Source: Cyanidioschyzon merolae
Lineage: Eukaryota
NCBI GenBank assembly: GCA_000091205.1
Contig: AP006499.2
Length of the DNA: 64,000 nucleotides
Reading direction: 5' to 3' (one strand)
Below are positions 1 to 11,273 of the stretch, in pieces. A program made the translations under genes and the position numbers. The notes below the pieces were generated by a model. The model worked only from the letters and a program-made list of their open reading frames with translations, had not been told where the DNA came from and searched no databases. Every line of letters begins with the position of its first letter. Positions within the stretch are counted from its first letter, which is position 1.

Positions 1-513
1 TTCCTTGGACGTTGCGTCTCGATGATAACCGCTACAATGCTGGTGGAACGGAATCGAATGACGACTATGGAATCCAGCGCAAGCGTTTGCTTTACGAGTG
101 AATTTGATTTTCAGATAGAGCCGATGCTGCGCGCATTTGCGTGTGGTACGCTTTTTGCTGTACATCACCATCCAGCGGCTTTCTTTTCTTGGGACGCACA
201 TTGCGGTAACGAGCGCGCCAGTAAATTCGTCACTATTTTTTGTTGCTTGTGCCGCTGCTGTCCCCGATTTTGCTCGCTACCTCTGATTCTGCCATCATCG
301 TAAATCGGAGACGCTCGTCACAGATGCTTGGTAGAATGCGCGATCAACGCGCAGCCTCAAATCGTGAAGTTTAGCACCATTGCGAGGCGATGGCATGATG
401 GGCGATCGTGCCTAGGTGCATCTGTATGGTCCTTGAAAGACGGTTTCTCGCGCAGGCCACCCCAAGGGACATAACCAAAATACGCGACAGGTTTCCTTTC
501 ATGGCGATCTTCC

Positions 514-1239
514 TCAGACTCGTGCGCGACGACTATAATAGTCCCTCCCTTTGTAGTAATAGGTTGAGTCGTCAACAGGTCCGATGCAGCAGAGGAGGCC
601 GAGGTCGAACACTGCGAGCACCCCAGCCACGAGACTAATCACCGCGACTGGAATCGCCCACTGGCGGTAATCATTCATGATCGCCCTGTAGCAGCCGAGA
701 GGGGAATTGTTGTCCGACGAGCAACCGGTCGGGCATTCATCAGGCGTGCTCGAACAATTAGTATTCCTCAAAAATCCCGTACAATTGTACTGAGATTCGA
801 TACCACAAGCAACTGAGGGCTGGTTGCGAACCGTGCTCAACCACGCGTCATGGAAACCATTGCGTAACCAGCTCGGTCCATTGGGCCCAAGCGCCAGGAG
901 CACCGCGAAGACGCCAACAAATATCAGCACAGCCCCGAGAATGACCAGCGCAAGCCCGTATATTATCCGGAAGAACATACCCGAGCACTTGCCTGTGCGA
1001 CAGAGCAACATGAACCCGAGCAAGCAGATAAGAAATGTCACGCCGCCCACCACGATCGCCGCAACACCCGTACGCGTCAGCGCATGGTACCAGCCCTGGA
1101 AGTCGAGGTCGAGACCCTTGTGCTTGACCGTCGCCCAGATCCCAAGACCTACCAGCGCCAACCCCAGGCCGCTCAACAGCAGCAAGAAGAAAGCGTGGAA
1201 AACGTTCGCTCCGCGACTGTTAGAACAACCACAAGCCAT
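514..1239 (-). CDS. tetraspanin-like four-transmembrane protein
   Basis: 241-codon ORF with a genuine ATG (cat at 1237-1239 on the plus strand). Four hydrophobic helices: AFFLLLLSGLGLALVGLGIW, VAAIVVGGVTFLICLLGFMLLC, FFRIIYGLALVILGAVLIFVGVF and WAIPVAVISLVAGVLAVFDLGLLCC. The loop between TM1 and TM2 is short. The loop between TM3 and TM4 is about 75 aa and contains 7 Cys. This is tetraspanin topology, but the canonical CCG triplet is absent, so the family assignment is tentative. Confidence 0.5.
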   Translation of the reverse strand: MACGCSNSRGANVFHAFFLLLLSGLGLALVGLGIWATVKHKGLDLDFQGWYHALTRTGVAAIVVGGVTFLICLLGFMLLCRTGKCSGMFFRIIYGLALVILGAVLIFVGVFAVLLALGPNGPSWLRNGFHDAWLSTVRNQPSVACGIESQYNCTGFLRNTNCSSTPDECPTGCSSDNNSPLGCYRAIMNDYRQWAIPVAVISLVAGVLAVFDLGLLCCIGPVDDSTYYYKGRDYYSRRARV

Positions 1240-2525
1240 TTCGTTGATTTAAAAAAACAAGTTCGATGATTCGTGCGAGTAGGTCCCTTACCTTGTTGAA
1301 CGTGAACCCTTCAACCCGTTAGACCGACAAATAACGTCTTGCCTGTGGTGCGCGCCGCGCGATGGACACGAACAACACACAACGCTGAGCAGGCACGCGT
1401 GCGCAGCGACGGTGCTGTCTGCTGTGTGCTTACATGGACACGCGTACCGTTTCTGCGCAGCGCTGATTGACGAACATGCATCCGACGCTGCGCGTCAATC
1501 GAGCGTATCGACTTGAGGGGCGTGTCCGTTTCGGGAGGCGGTGCGCGCATCCAGGCATCGCCTGTCGCGGCAACATGGCGACGCGCGGGTGCCGCCTCTA
1601 CGCCACGTGGCGCAATTCCAGTGCGGTGTCGATGTTTTTACTTGACAGAACTTCTGCACAGGCCAGCGTTCTCCGACTGTGCGCTTCTTACCAGCGCGCG
1701 GTGAAGCATCCATCCATCCCCAACTTTCAAGTTCCATCACCCATACTTGTTGTCAGATATACTGGTCGTTTCATACGCTCGATCGTGTGCCGAGCCTGCC
1801 GAGAGCGTCCGCAACAGCGCTATAGCGCCGGTGCGGATGCATCACGGAGAGAGAACGGCGTTGCCGTACCACAGACGGCGTCGGCTCGAGGCGTGTTTTA
1901 TACGACATGGACTCGGGATTCACCATCATTCTAGGAGCAGGCAAGCTGTGCAGACAGACCTATTGCCTGCGACGGCGCGAAGCGATGTAGTAGGAGTCCA
2001 CCGCGACGCGGGCGACGCCCAGACGCAGCATCCCCGCCCCAAGTCCGAGAATAAACTACGTTGTGGACGAGTTGCTCAGGTCTCTTCGCAGCACTGGGCA
2101 CTGTGAAGAGCGAATAGCTATGGTCTGGTAGCCTCGTCCGGATCTGGGGGCCTTCCGCCTAGAAACTAAACTTTCGACAATTCGGAAACCTTTCCCCCCT
2201 TTTTAACGTTTACCGGAGAGTGGGAACGGAATTGTTATCGAGTTGCTAGTTAGAAGTTCATTTCCGTTCTTTATTCCCATCAGTGCATGACGCCATTCGA
2301 TGCCTTGACGTGCGCTGATGCCATCGCATGCGGCGAACTCTGTGAATAGCGATCATCCTAGACCTCTCGATTTTCTTGAACTCAATACCGGCCAGATGTG
2401 CGGCTGGAAACGAAATTCGATACAAGGGACGTTGCAGATAAACATAGCCCGGGGCGCTCATGCGTCCTTAAACGTATACCATCCTGTTGTTCATCCGGAA
2501 ACTGAATCCTACAGCGATACCCAGT

Positions 2526-3470
2526 TCACGTAGCGGTATTTTCCGCAGCCTTCTGCGCTGTATTGTAAACCTCTGGCCGACGCTGTTTGCGCACAGGGAT
2601 CGCATTTCGTACCTGTTCCAGACGATTCAAGTCGATATCCGCCACAACAAGCGACTCACGCTCATCCGTCCGCGCAATCACTTCACCCCATGGCGAAGCG
2701 ATCATGCTGTGCCCATACGCGGTATACGTCGCACTCAGGTCGCGTGCTGGCGAGCAGGCACCGACGAATACCTGGTTGTCGAGTGCCCTGGCCCGGATCA
2801 AGAGCTCCCAGTGCGCTGGACCCGTTGTCATGTTGAACGCGCCGGGATAGATGAGTAGCTTCGCATTGTGTGGTTCCCGGGCCATCGCGGTGGCCATCTC
2901 GGGGAAGCGGATATCGTAGCAGATGCCGACACCGACCCGCAAGCCAGCGTTGGCATTCGGCTCCGAATCGATACCGTCCCGAAGTGCGAAGCTTGTGAGG
3001 CTATCGCCTGCGCTCAAAACATCGGACTCGCGGAACCGAATGCCACCCGGCACATCCACATCGAACAAGTGTACCTTGCGATGGCGAGCGAGTAGTTCGC
3101 CCCCGGGGCCAAAGGTGAGCGAAGTATTGTAGATGCGCTGGTCATCGGGAGAACGCTCTGGAACGGAGCCTCCCACCAGGTAGATTCCATGAGCACGGGC
3201 AAGCTTCTGGAGCACGCCCGCTGTCTCACTGACACTGGTATCGCATGGTGCCGCAGTTGTTCCTGGACGGGGCAAGGGTTCCGCGTACTTTGGGAAACAA
3301 CTCGTGTCGTAGGGGCAATTGAAGCACTCGGGGAGAACAACCAGCTTGGCACCTTCCTGCACAGCACGTTCGACCCAGTGCTGTGCGTTTGCCAAGGCAA
3401 CACGCTTGTCGGGGTCGACTCGGACCTGGCAAAGCGCAATTCGCAAACTATTCCCTGCAGAAGTGGACAT
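2526..3470 (-). CDS. NIT2: omega-amidase, NIT2-like carbon-nitrogen hydrolase (nitrilase superfamily)
   Basis: Continuous ORF with the CN-hydrolase catalytic contexts LPECFN (Glu), HRKVHLFD (Lys) and GVGICYDIRFPE (Cys). It also has IALCQ and IYLVGGS blocks. The ORF-track start at 3581 lies upstream. I used the first in-frame ATG, MSTSAGN (cat at 3468-3470), giving 314 aa, typical for NIT2. Confidence 0.8.
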   Translation of the reverse strand: MSTSAGNSLRIALCQVRVDPDKRVALANAQHWVERAVQEGAKLVVLPECFNCPYDTSCFPKYAEPLPRPGTTAAPCDTSVSETAGVLQKLARAHGIYLVGGSVPERSPDDQRIYNTSLTFGPGGELLARHRKVHLFDVDVPGGIRFRESDVLSAGDSLTSFALRDGIDSEPNANAGLRVGVGICYDIRFPEMATAMAREPHNAKLLIYPGAFNMTTGPAHWELLIRARALDNQVFVGACSPARDLSATYTAYGHSMIASPWGEVIARTDERESLVVADIDLNRLEQVRNAIPVRKQRRPEVYNTAQKAAENTAT

Positions 3471-4512
3471 CCACACTAGGACCTGCGGCCTTTTCCGAGT
3501 CTTCCGTTGCCTGATGCCTGTCCGGGGGTGCGAGCCTGCCGCCAAGCGGGCCCGCAGCGTCGCTAACGTTTGCCACGCCAACTTTGACGCAACCGCTCTA
3601 AATAGAGCTCGAACGCGTCGCAGTGCGCCTTCTCGCGTCCAGCCACGGTAGACGCCAGCACTAGCGTCGTTGTTATCAGTAGCGAACTAGGGCACACTTG
3701 CAGCAAACAGGCAGAAAAGCCAGCCGCCAGAGAGCCTCGTTTTCCTTGCGAATACGGAAAAGCCTCTATTGCTGATTCTGGGATCGGGCGCCACGAACGC
3801 CCTGCCATACCGTACGCACGGACGGAAAACGCCTTCATCAGATAGGGCATGGTTGCATTCGCAAGGCTTCTCTCATGAACCATTTTCTGGTGGTGCGCGG
3901 TCCGTGATTCAGCCTGGACTGTGGTGTGCTCGACAACGGATGGGTCTTCTGAATGAACCAATAAACCAAGAGGAACATCTGGTTTGTAGCTCGTGGAACT
4001 TGCGGCTCTCCAACAGAATGGAGGTTGTTTCCTTGGCTGCCGATCTCTATCGCGCATCCGTGAGTATCCCTGGGAAAAAGCATCGATGCAATGCCATCGA
4101 GTAGTTCGGGGGACGCTGATCGAGCTCCTCGATCCTGTACGGTATAGAAATGTTTTCAGCGCCAATGGAACGCTCGAATGCTTCCGGTAGAGAGAAAAGG
4201 ATGCATCCCGTATCTCCATCAAATGAAGCTGTATTTTGTCGCACAGATGGCTTCAGAAATTGCGTCTTCTCGTTTACAGGTGAGGAAAGTGGTATGTGAC
4301 GGTACCCAGAAGACAAGTCTCTACTGCGTTCATGGGTACGAGCGTATGTGCATATCCGAACGGGACCGTCGCGAGCATCGCTTCGACACCAGGCGATAAC
4401 GAACGCTGCGACGCTTTCGCGTGAAACTTGCGCTCCAAACGTTTGCCGCTGAACCCCTTAACTGTCACTAGAACGTTCCTGATCAAGGCTTCGGGACGTG
4501 TAACGGTGGCTG

Positions 4513-5214
4513 ATGGAGAGCGAAAGGAACACGCACGACCTTGCCGAGAAAAAGCACGTAGCACTTTCGGGGTACGCGGCTCGCTCCCGAACGACCTGGT
4601 TCACGGAGGCAGTGGCTGTTGTCACTGCTGCCGCCACGTACGTTGCCGTGGCGTTCGCCTCTTGGGAGTGCACAAGTCCGTGGCTTTCGCGGTGGTTAGC
4701 TTCCGTGAAACCTCGTTTGGGAACGGAACAGGGGCGTCGTTTGGTTTCCCACGCAGCGTTTCGTCTTGCAGTCCTGGCGCCGCTCGTATCCATCACGTCC
4801 AGTGCAGTTGCCGGTGCGACGTATGGCCTCGTGCTAGGTTCACGAACAACACCGGAAACCGAACGAAGAACACCGAGAGCATTCGCTCGTCGCAGCATAG
4901 CGGTTTCCTCTGGCGCCCTCATTGCGCTAGCGACCATAGACCCGTGGCGGAAAGCGCTCTCCGAACACGCGCACTGTCTTCCTCGTATCCTGGCTGACAT
5001 CCGTCGACCAGTTGCAGTGGCTGCTGCAACCTCGTCTGGCATGCTTGGCGGCATCGGTGTTTCCCTGGTGTTCACGGCGAATGTGCTGCTCTTTCATCAG
5101 ACGTCGACGAAATGTGCTGGAGTACGAGCCGCATTGAGCATGCCGAGCCGCGAGCCATCACCGCCCAGCGCTGTCGCAAGTGCTGCCTTTCCTCCAGAAA
5201 GTTCAGTAGCCTGA
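4513..5214 (+). CDS. hypothetical small membrane protein (speculative)
   Basis: 233-codon ORF with an ATG start and four hydrophobic segments (AVAVVTAAATYVAVAF, LAVLAPLVSITSSAVAGATYGLVLG, IAVSSGALIALATI, VAVAAATSSGMLGGIGVSLVFTANVLLF). No recognisable domain. In GC-rich DNA ORFs of this length arise by chance on both strands; a 205-codon ORF overlaps it antisense. Confidence 0.15.
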   Translation: MESERNTHDLAEKKHVALSGYAARSRTTWFTEAVAVVTAAATYVAVAFASWECTSPWLSRWLASVKPRLGTEQGRRLVSHAAFRLAVLAPLVSITSSAVAGATYGLVLGSRTTPETERRTPRAFARRSIAVSSGALIALATIDPWRKALSEHAHCLPRILADIRRPVAVAAATSSGMLGGIGVSLVFTANVLLFHQTSTKCAGVRAALSMPSREPSPPSAVASAAFPPESSVA

Positions 5215-5837
5215 ACTCGACTGGAGTGTACGACAATATGCCTTGATAGGCACGCGACGCCGTCGAGCCAGTCATCCGTGGAAGCGTGCAGTCATGAGCG
5301 CTCGGTTGGTCAAGGAATCCTGCGATACGGCACAGATGCGAAATCCATGGATGCATTGGCTGTGACGAGCATTCAAAGCTCATCGACTGGGTTCCTGGTG
5401 CGCGCACCCCAGCAAACATTCCATCTTATCACCGACTGAGAGAGACCGTGACGGAGCGTGCAGGCACCGGCGGTTGTAAAAGTGAAGGTGTTCGCTGTGA
5501 GCATCCGATGAGAACCTGGCCTTGCGAACCGCTACCGGAAGACGGGACAGCGCTGCCTCCTCCGAGGTGCTTCTAGAATCGCTTCCTCTGCAGTGGCTCT
5601 GGAAAGTGCACTTGTTCTGCGAGGACTGCAGTACGGACTTGATTTGTGGTCGAGCGGAATGCACGGTCGTATTTTTGGATGGAACGGGCGCTGCTGCAGC
5701 GCTTTGCCCTACGAAGCAAGCTCCACTGCTGATGGCATCAGCAGGAGGAGCTACTGTCGCGACGGACGCTCTGGGAATCAACGTGTTTCTCCGGGAAATC
5801 CGCTGCTTATGCGCCGCTTACCAGAATATGCTTTAAT

Positions 5838-6671
5838 TTATGCAGGTGAAATAGGACCCGTGCCGATGGAGTCAGGTGCCTTCGATTCTTGGGAAGCCGT
5901 CGTTCCGCTCGCGTCAAGCGATGCATCCACGGCCTCCAGCTCGGCTTCTGCGGCTGCTGCTGCGGAGGCGACCTGCTCCAGGCGCGACGTCGAGTTGCCA
6001 CCTTGGTTGCGGTGCAATCGCTTGGCCGCCTGGTTACGCTCCGCTTGCGCTCGGCGAATGAAGGAGTTAAAGCGATTCTTCACCGCATTGTCGGTACGTC
6101 CCTGCAGCATCCGTGCTATCTCACTCCAGCGATTTCCTAGACGAGCATGGGCTGAGATAATAATCCTATCTTCCTCGGGGGTCCAAGGACGCTTGCAAAT
6201 CTGTGGCGAGAGCTGGTTCAACCAGCGTTCTCGCGCTTGCTTGCCGGTTCGGCCTGGGATGTGCTCAGCGATGAGCGACCATCTTCGAGGCCCCATCTTT
6301 TCGACCAGAGACCGCAGCAGTTCATCTTCTTCGGGACGCCACGGCCCTTTGACCTCTTTTCGCTCACTGACCCGGCGTGCTGACGGAGTGCTCTGCACCT
6401 GGGCGCGATTCGACGGTGTCGAGCTGACATCAGGGCTCGAACGCTTGCTCTCGGATGACACCCGCGACAAGGTGTCGGGCCAGACGCGCGGCTCCTCGCC
6501 TGGTGACCAGCACCGCCACATCGCCACCGGCTCAGGTTGTATAAGGGAACCCTGCGCCAAGTGTGCATTGGTTGTCGTGAAACTGTCCACTGGCGTGCCC
6601 GATGGAGCACTCTTCATCGCGCCCATCTTGGGGGTGTCCGTGTCCGAAACCGGCGAATGCCTTATCGGCAT
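5838..6671 (-). CDS. R2R3-Myb DNA-binding transcription factor
   Basis: Two canonical Myb repeats. R2 is [48 protein letters not shown]3 is [48 protein letters not shown]. Both have conserved Trp spacing. The reading frame stays open up to 7430, but that upstream part is Ser/Ala-rich low complexity and runs into a (GTTTGTGCGTGCGC)n microsatellite. Myb domains are normally N-terminal, so the start was placed at the ATG of MPIRHS (6669-6671). The true start is uncertain and could be anywhere from 6626 to 7430. Confidence 0.7.
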   Translation of the reverse strand: MPIRHSPVSDTDTPKMGAMKSAPSGTPVDSFTTTNAHLAQGSLIQPEPVAMWRCWSPGEEPRVWPDTLSRVSSESKRSSPDVSSTPSNRAQVQSTPSARRVSERKEVKGPWRPEEDELLRSLVEKMGPRRWSLIAEHIPGRTGKQARERWLNQLSPQICKRPWTPEEDRIIISAHARLGNRWSEIARMLQGRTDNAVKNRFNSFIRRAQAERNQAAKRLHRNQGGNSTSRLEQVASAAAAAEAELEAVDASLDASGTTASQESKAPDSIGTGPISPA

Positions 6672-7289
6672 GCTAGCGCATCTGGCGAGCTGAGCGCCAG
6701 CAACGCGTTCATTTTCCAAACCAATGCAAAAGAGAGGCGCTTGTTTCTCAGAAATGGCGGCAAAGGTCCCATCTGACCCAGGGTTTCCCCAGACAAGGTC
6801 GCTCCCGGTAGTATTCGTGGGTATCGCTCGCCGGCCCGCTGCTGCGCCAGAGCCAGGGCGGGAAACCGCACCCGCATCCTCGAGCTTCGTCACGACTCCC
6901 TCCAAACGCCGCAAGCATACGCTGTTCTCTGGAGTTGCACTCGCGTTTACATAGTTCAAGTTCGGCGACGAACTCCGAGACTCTGACAGAGCCGCAGCCC
7001 AGAACAGAAGCTCCAACCCCGAAAACCGCGAGTTGGAACGCTCATTCCCAGCTACCGCCTCCGCGCGTTGCTCGTGCTCCTCTCCCAACGCCACGCTCTG
7101 CTCACACGAAACGTTCCACTCGTTCATAGCCTCAAGCATCAGAACACGTTCAAGCGTTACGAACAAGTGGCTGCGCTCGAGGTGCACGCGTCGTTCAGCG
7201 TCAGCTCGTGGAGCGCGAACGGCATCTACCGTTGCGCGGCCGCGGCCGCCGGCCGGCGGCCGGCGATGCGCGCACGTAGACGCTGTTGC

Positions 7290-7361
7290 GTTTGTGCGTG
7301 CGCGTTTGTGCGTGCGCGTTTGTGCGTGCGCGTTTGTGCGTGCGCGTTTGTGCGTGCATGA
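7290..7361. repeat. microsatellite (GTTTGTGCGTGCGC)x5, alternating purine-pyrimidine rich
   Basis: Five direct tandem copies of a 14-bp unit are visible at 7296-7361. The array translates as reiterated [10 protein letters not shown] or CVRVCACAF peptides in both strand ORFs and lies 5' of the Myb gene. Confidence 0.9.
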
Positions 7362-8637
7362 CGTGCAATGCGGGAGAGCGTGCGTGCGTGCGCGCGCGCG
7401 CCTTTCAAGACCGGCCCATGCGGATCGCATCGCCGTTCATCGACGCGCGCTCTGATCGATTGCCGCGCGGCATGGGCGCTGCTGGCGGTGCGTGACAAGG
7501 ACGTGCGATTGTCCAGGATTGACTCATTCGCTGGATCCGTGGTGATGGCGGCGCGCGGGTGATCCCCCAGGGCAAGCGTGCCGAGCCGGAACGGTTGTCG
7601 GCAGTGGTTGAAAGCGCTCGTTCAGGGGCACTGGGCGTCGTGCTGCTGCCTGGACGATGTTCGGGTGCGGTGCGGCTCGTTTGCGCAGGATCGTGCGAAT
7701 CGATTCATTTGATACAAATGGGTCAGTGCGGTATTCGATATCGCGGGAACGCTCGAAACAGCCGCTTCTGAATGAGGGTTTCTGCGTCTTGAGCGCCGGT
7801 GCTGTGCTGCAAATCGGCACATGACGGGATCTAGAATCGAATGTGTCTCCGTGTGTTGTGCAGGAGACTGGAGGGATTCGCAGGTAGTGTCCGCTGAGCT
7901 GTCGACACAGCGTAAGCTTCGGAGTGCCCTGGTCAATGCAATGCAAGAAACCAGAAGATTCTGGATGCTTCACATAAGGCCCACACCGGCGAAAGGCCGT
8001 GTCGACGATGTGCGATTAGCGCCAGCGACGACGCCGGATCGGACTCGCACGTCAGAGGCGCTGCCGCTTGCGATACCACAGGTCCGAAAGAGGTCTGCGT
8101 GTCGGGGTGTTACGCAGATTCTGGAGCATCTGGCTCGAGACTATTGTCAGAACGGTTTACGCTGCTTATGCTCTATGGGTAGGACGCGTTCATTCCACAT
8201 CCTGCTGTGTATCGCTCCTGAACGCGTGAACAGCAGACAAAATGCTGGCGGCTCTGCGCTGAACCCGCAACCAGTGCGCCAATGGATCGCCGCCCACGAA
8301 CGGCATTCTTTCGCGCGCTGGTCAACGCTGTACCGCCAATGACGTACCAAAGCGTCAAGTTACGGTGAGCTGTATTGCCTTCCAGGCACCATTGCTAATT
8401 AACTTGAACGTAAAACTGTCAACGTTGGTGTATGTGCTGAAACTAGTCCGTTCGGGTTTGGCACCGGTCTGTTTTCTTCATTGACGTTGAAAACGGACCG
8501 CTGCCCGGTGCCGCGCAGCTGCTGCACTGGTGCAGGTTCACCCAAGTCGCGCTTTTTCGACGCTCACCAGAACGAAAACCGTTCTGCGTTTCCCAAGGCA
8601 CCAGGCAGCGGACTGTGTTCACCAAAGGTGTAACTAG

Positions 8638-10869
8638 ATGCGCAGGCATGGCTCACCGACTCGGGCGAGCACACACCAGTCGAGCAGCGGCCTCGAAGCG
8701 CACGCGGAGCCGCTGCGATCAGCGTGGACCACCGACCCGGAGGAGCAGAACGATGCGACCTGCACCGCTGATACCAGCTCGATAAACTGGGCAGCGCTAC
8801 TATTCGGTTCAGAGGACTTGGCGCAGGTGCCAGCGATCACTGCACTTGACTGGCTCGACACGCTGCACGGCTCGGTGCCGCTGGGACGTTTACGACGCGC
8901 CTGCCTTCACCACGTCATTCCGAGTGCATTTCGGCCATGGGCGTGGCTTCTATTGCTGGGTGCCCTGCCACCCATGCGAGCGACGTGGCGCATTGGACTC
9001 GTGGTTCGTCGAGACATGTACAACGAGTGCGTGCGCTTCGCCACGCTCACTGGTCTACGGAAGCTTGCCCTGACGCACGGTGCCAAAGCGGACTCTGCAA
9101 TCGAAATTATCTTTTGGGCATATGTTGGATATCTTGCGGCAGCGCTCGAGACGCGTCATCTCACCCGGATGGACGAAGCGGCGGGCGCTGGTCTCGCTGC
9201 CGTGCGAACCCCGCACCTGCGGCCCTATCGCACCGACTGGGTGTCTCGCCTTGAGCGTACGCGGCATTGGATCCAAAACCCAGAGCAACGCAGTGAGCGA
9301 AGCGCGATTCTTGCTCAAATCCATGTTTTCGATGCTGTTTTTCGCGGAAAGCCGGAGCTCGCCTGGTGGTGCCTGGTACGCTTTCGGGAACAAGAGCGAC
9401 GTTTGGCCACGAATCGCCTGGGGCAAACGGTGGAGTCGTTCGATTCCGCGTATCGTGTGCGACTGGTGCTCCATCTGGTCGATGTCGCCGATCAGGAAGC
9501 TGCCCAGAGTCCGCCGGGCACGCCGCCTCAAACCGATGACTCGGAAGGCAGCACAATTCGACTACCGAAGCAGGCCAAACGGCTGGGCGGCTTCTCCGCA
9601 CTGGTAATGGCTATGCTGAAGCTCGCGAAACCCGGAGCTCCGCAGCATCAGGTGCTGCCCAGGGCCGAGGATGCGAAAGGTGCATCGGGGCGGCGCGATT
9701 CACCGAGATTCGCTCGGTCATCTGAAGAGACGTCGCTCACGGAGCACAGCGGTGCCCCAGCGACGGTGACGGTGCGCGCACTTTTCGAGCGGGCAGCAGC
9801 GGCTGGTAGCAGCGCGGGACAAGGCCGCAGCCAAAGCACCCAGGAGCTCGAGATGTACGCGCGGCATCTCTTGCAGTCAGCATTCGCTGAACGTTTATCG
9901 CTCGAATACTGCGTCTTGATGTGGGACCGCGTCTTCGCAGCGGGGCCGGATCTCATGGCCCATCTGGCGTTTCAGCTGCTGGTGCAGCTCGCTTTCCGAC
10001 ACCACGAGCACGGCGCACCGCCCGAGCGTGCCACACTGGATAAGGGATCACCGCACAGCGGGAAGCTTCAGGCTTTGCTCCAGCGTCCCAGCGCGTTCCT
10101 GTGTGCAGCGGACATCGAGGCAATCTGTGACCGGGCGAGCAACGCTGCCGACTACCTGCTGGGATACGATGGCGAACTCCTGGATGATTGGGATCCAATT
10201 TACGCGTTCGATGTCCAGTGGCCGGTGCTTGAGCGCGGTGATCAAGGCGCTCTCGTACGCATTCTTCAGCACCTTTTGCGCGCACGCGGCTACGGCAACT
10301 GGTTCACGATTGATGGGGTCTACGGCATACGCACTTGTACAGCTGTTGCACGCTTCCAACAGGACCTCGCAAAGCAATTTCGCCCTGATCGAGAGCTGCC
10401 GGCCCAGCGAGCCGTTCATGCGCTGGCAACGTCGCGCTTGGACACCGGCCGACCGCTTACGGTACGCCTCGAACGGTTATCGAGTGGCACTGCGGTGCAA
10501 GCAGCAGCACCAGCAGCAGCACATCGACCCCAAATGATGGGTGCGCTCACAGGGCGCCGTCCGCTCGGATCGCCCGAGTCAGCGACCGCCTCCAGGGAAT
10601 ACGAACGCTACCGAGGTGACCAGGTCAACGACCAGCTTTGGCCAGAGCTGGTTGTTCCGGTTTCAGCTGGCGATCGGGGTGATGCGGTCATGGCGCTTCA
10701 GGTAGCGTTGCGAGACCTGCACGGCTACGACGCAGTACGCATCGACGGATTCTTTGGTCGTCGCACTGAGGCGGCGGTGCGCGACTTTCAGCGCCGCGGT
10801 GCAGCGCGACTCATGCCCATTGACGGCCTCGTGGGCCCTGTCACTTGGCTGCACCTGCTCGGTAGCTAA
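8638..10869 (+). CDS. hypothetical 743-aa protein with two PG_binding_1-like (peptidoglycan-binding-like) repeats
   Basis: ATG verified at 8638. Two copies of the G-x2-V-x2-LQ-x2-L-x3-G-x7-DG-x-FG-x2-T-x2-AV-x2-FQ-x5-DG-x-VG-x2-T pattern. One is around aa 530-580 (GDQGALVRILQHLLRARGYGNWFTIDGVYGIRTCTAVARFQ). The other is at the C-terminus (GDRGDAVMALQVALRDLHGYDAVRIDGFFGRRTEAAVRDFQRRGAARLMPIDGLVGPVTWL). The N-terminal half has an IPSAFRPWAWLLLLG block reminiscent of a TBC/RabGAP motif A, but the arginine-finger and YxQ motifs were not found. Confidence 0.6.
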   Translation: MRRHGSPTRASTHQSSSGLEAHAEPLRSAWTTDPEEQNDATCTADTSSINWAALLFGSEDLAQVPAITALDWLDTLHGSVPLGRLRRACLHHVIPSAFRPWAWLLLLGALPPMRATWRIGLVVRRDMYNECVRFATLTGLRKLALTHGAKADSAIEIIFWAYVGYLAAALETRHLTRMDEAAGAGLAAVRTPHLRPYRTDWVSRLERTRHWIQNPEQRSERSAILAQIHVFDAVFRGKPELAWWCLVRFREQERRLATNRLGQTVESFDSAYRVRLVLHLVDVADQEAAQSPPGTPPQTDDSEGSTIRLPKQAKRLGGFSALVMAMLKLAKPGAPQHQVLPRAEDAKGASGRRDSPRFARSSEETSLTEHSGAPATVTVRALFERAAAAGSSAGQGRSQSTQELEMYARHLLQSAFAERLSLEYCVLMWDRVFAAGPDLMAHLAFQLLVQLAFRHHEHGAPPERATLDKGSPHSGKLQALLQRPSAFLCAADIEAICDRASNAADYLLGYDGELLDDWDPIYAFDVQWPVLERGDQGALVRILQHLLRARGYGNWFTIDGVYGIRTCTAVARFQQDLAKQFRPDRELPAQRAVHALATSRLDTGRPLTVRLERLSSGTAVQAAAPAAAHRPQMMGALTGRRPLGSPESATASREYERYRGDQVNDQLWPELVVPVSAGDRGDAVMALQVALRDLHGYDAVRIDGFFGRRTEAAVRDFQRRGAARLMPIDGLVGPVTWLHLLGS

Positions 10870-11104
10870 ATTGCCGTTGCTGTTTCTCGGTGATGCGGAT
10901 TCGATCCATTGAATCTAGACAGCGCAACATGACGAGCGCGCACAACCAAGACGCATGATAAAGCAGCCGTGGCAACGACGGTCTTGTCATAGAGCACGAT
11001 CCCCGTACCAATCGGATGATGCAGCCTAGCATCCTGCGAAATTCGTTGCCCTAGAGCATCAAGGCTCAGTCGATGTTCCAGGGGAAACGCATTCGTTCAC
11101 GGTG

Positions 11105-11230
11105 GATATCGGATGTTTATGGTGCACGCACGCACGCACGCACGCATGCATCTCTAGACAGCACCGCGTGGCGATGCGTGCGTGTCCAGACACGCATACA
11201 GCGATGCGTGCGTGCGTGCGTGTACAATGG
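11105..11230. repeat. inverted (GCAC)n / (GTGC)n alternating purine-pyrimidine microsatellite pair
   Basis: gcacgcacgcacgcacgcacgcatgc sits at about 11121-11150. Its reverse complement, gatgcgtgcgtgcgtgcgtgtac, sits at about 11196-11225, roughly 50 bp away. The pair lies in the 3' intergenic region between two convergent genes and could form Z-DNA or a cruciform. Confidence 0.8.
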
Positions 11231-11273
11231 ACACGCACGGCACGTATCGCACTTTTTTTTCAACCATTTGCGT

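Noticed and set aside
3563-4222. 219-codon minus-strand ORF between the NIT2-like and Myb genes
   Set aside because: No domain and low-complexity composition. It overlaps an equally long plus-strand ORF and is most likely spurious, though an intron-containing gene in this 2-kb gap cannot be excluded.
5593-6693. 366-codon plus-strand ORF antisense to the Myb gene
   Set aside because: It overlaps the well-conserved Myb repeats on the other strand and has low-complexity Ser/Ala/Arg composition with no domain.
8900-9100. TBC/RabGAP domain call for the N-terminus of the 8638-10869 protein, based on an IPSAFRPWAWLLLLG block
   Set aside because: Only the motif-A-like block is present. The IxxDxxR arginine finger and YxQ glutamine finger could not be found, so the call was not made.
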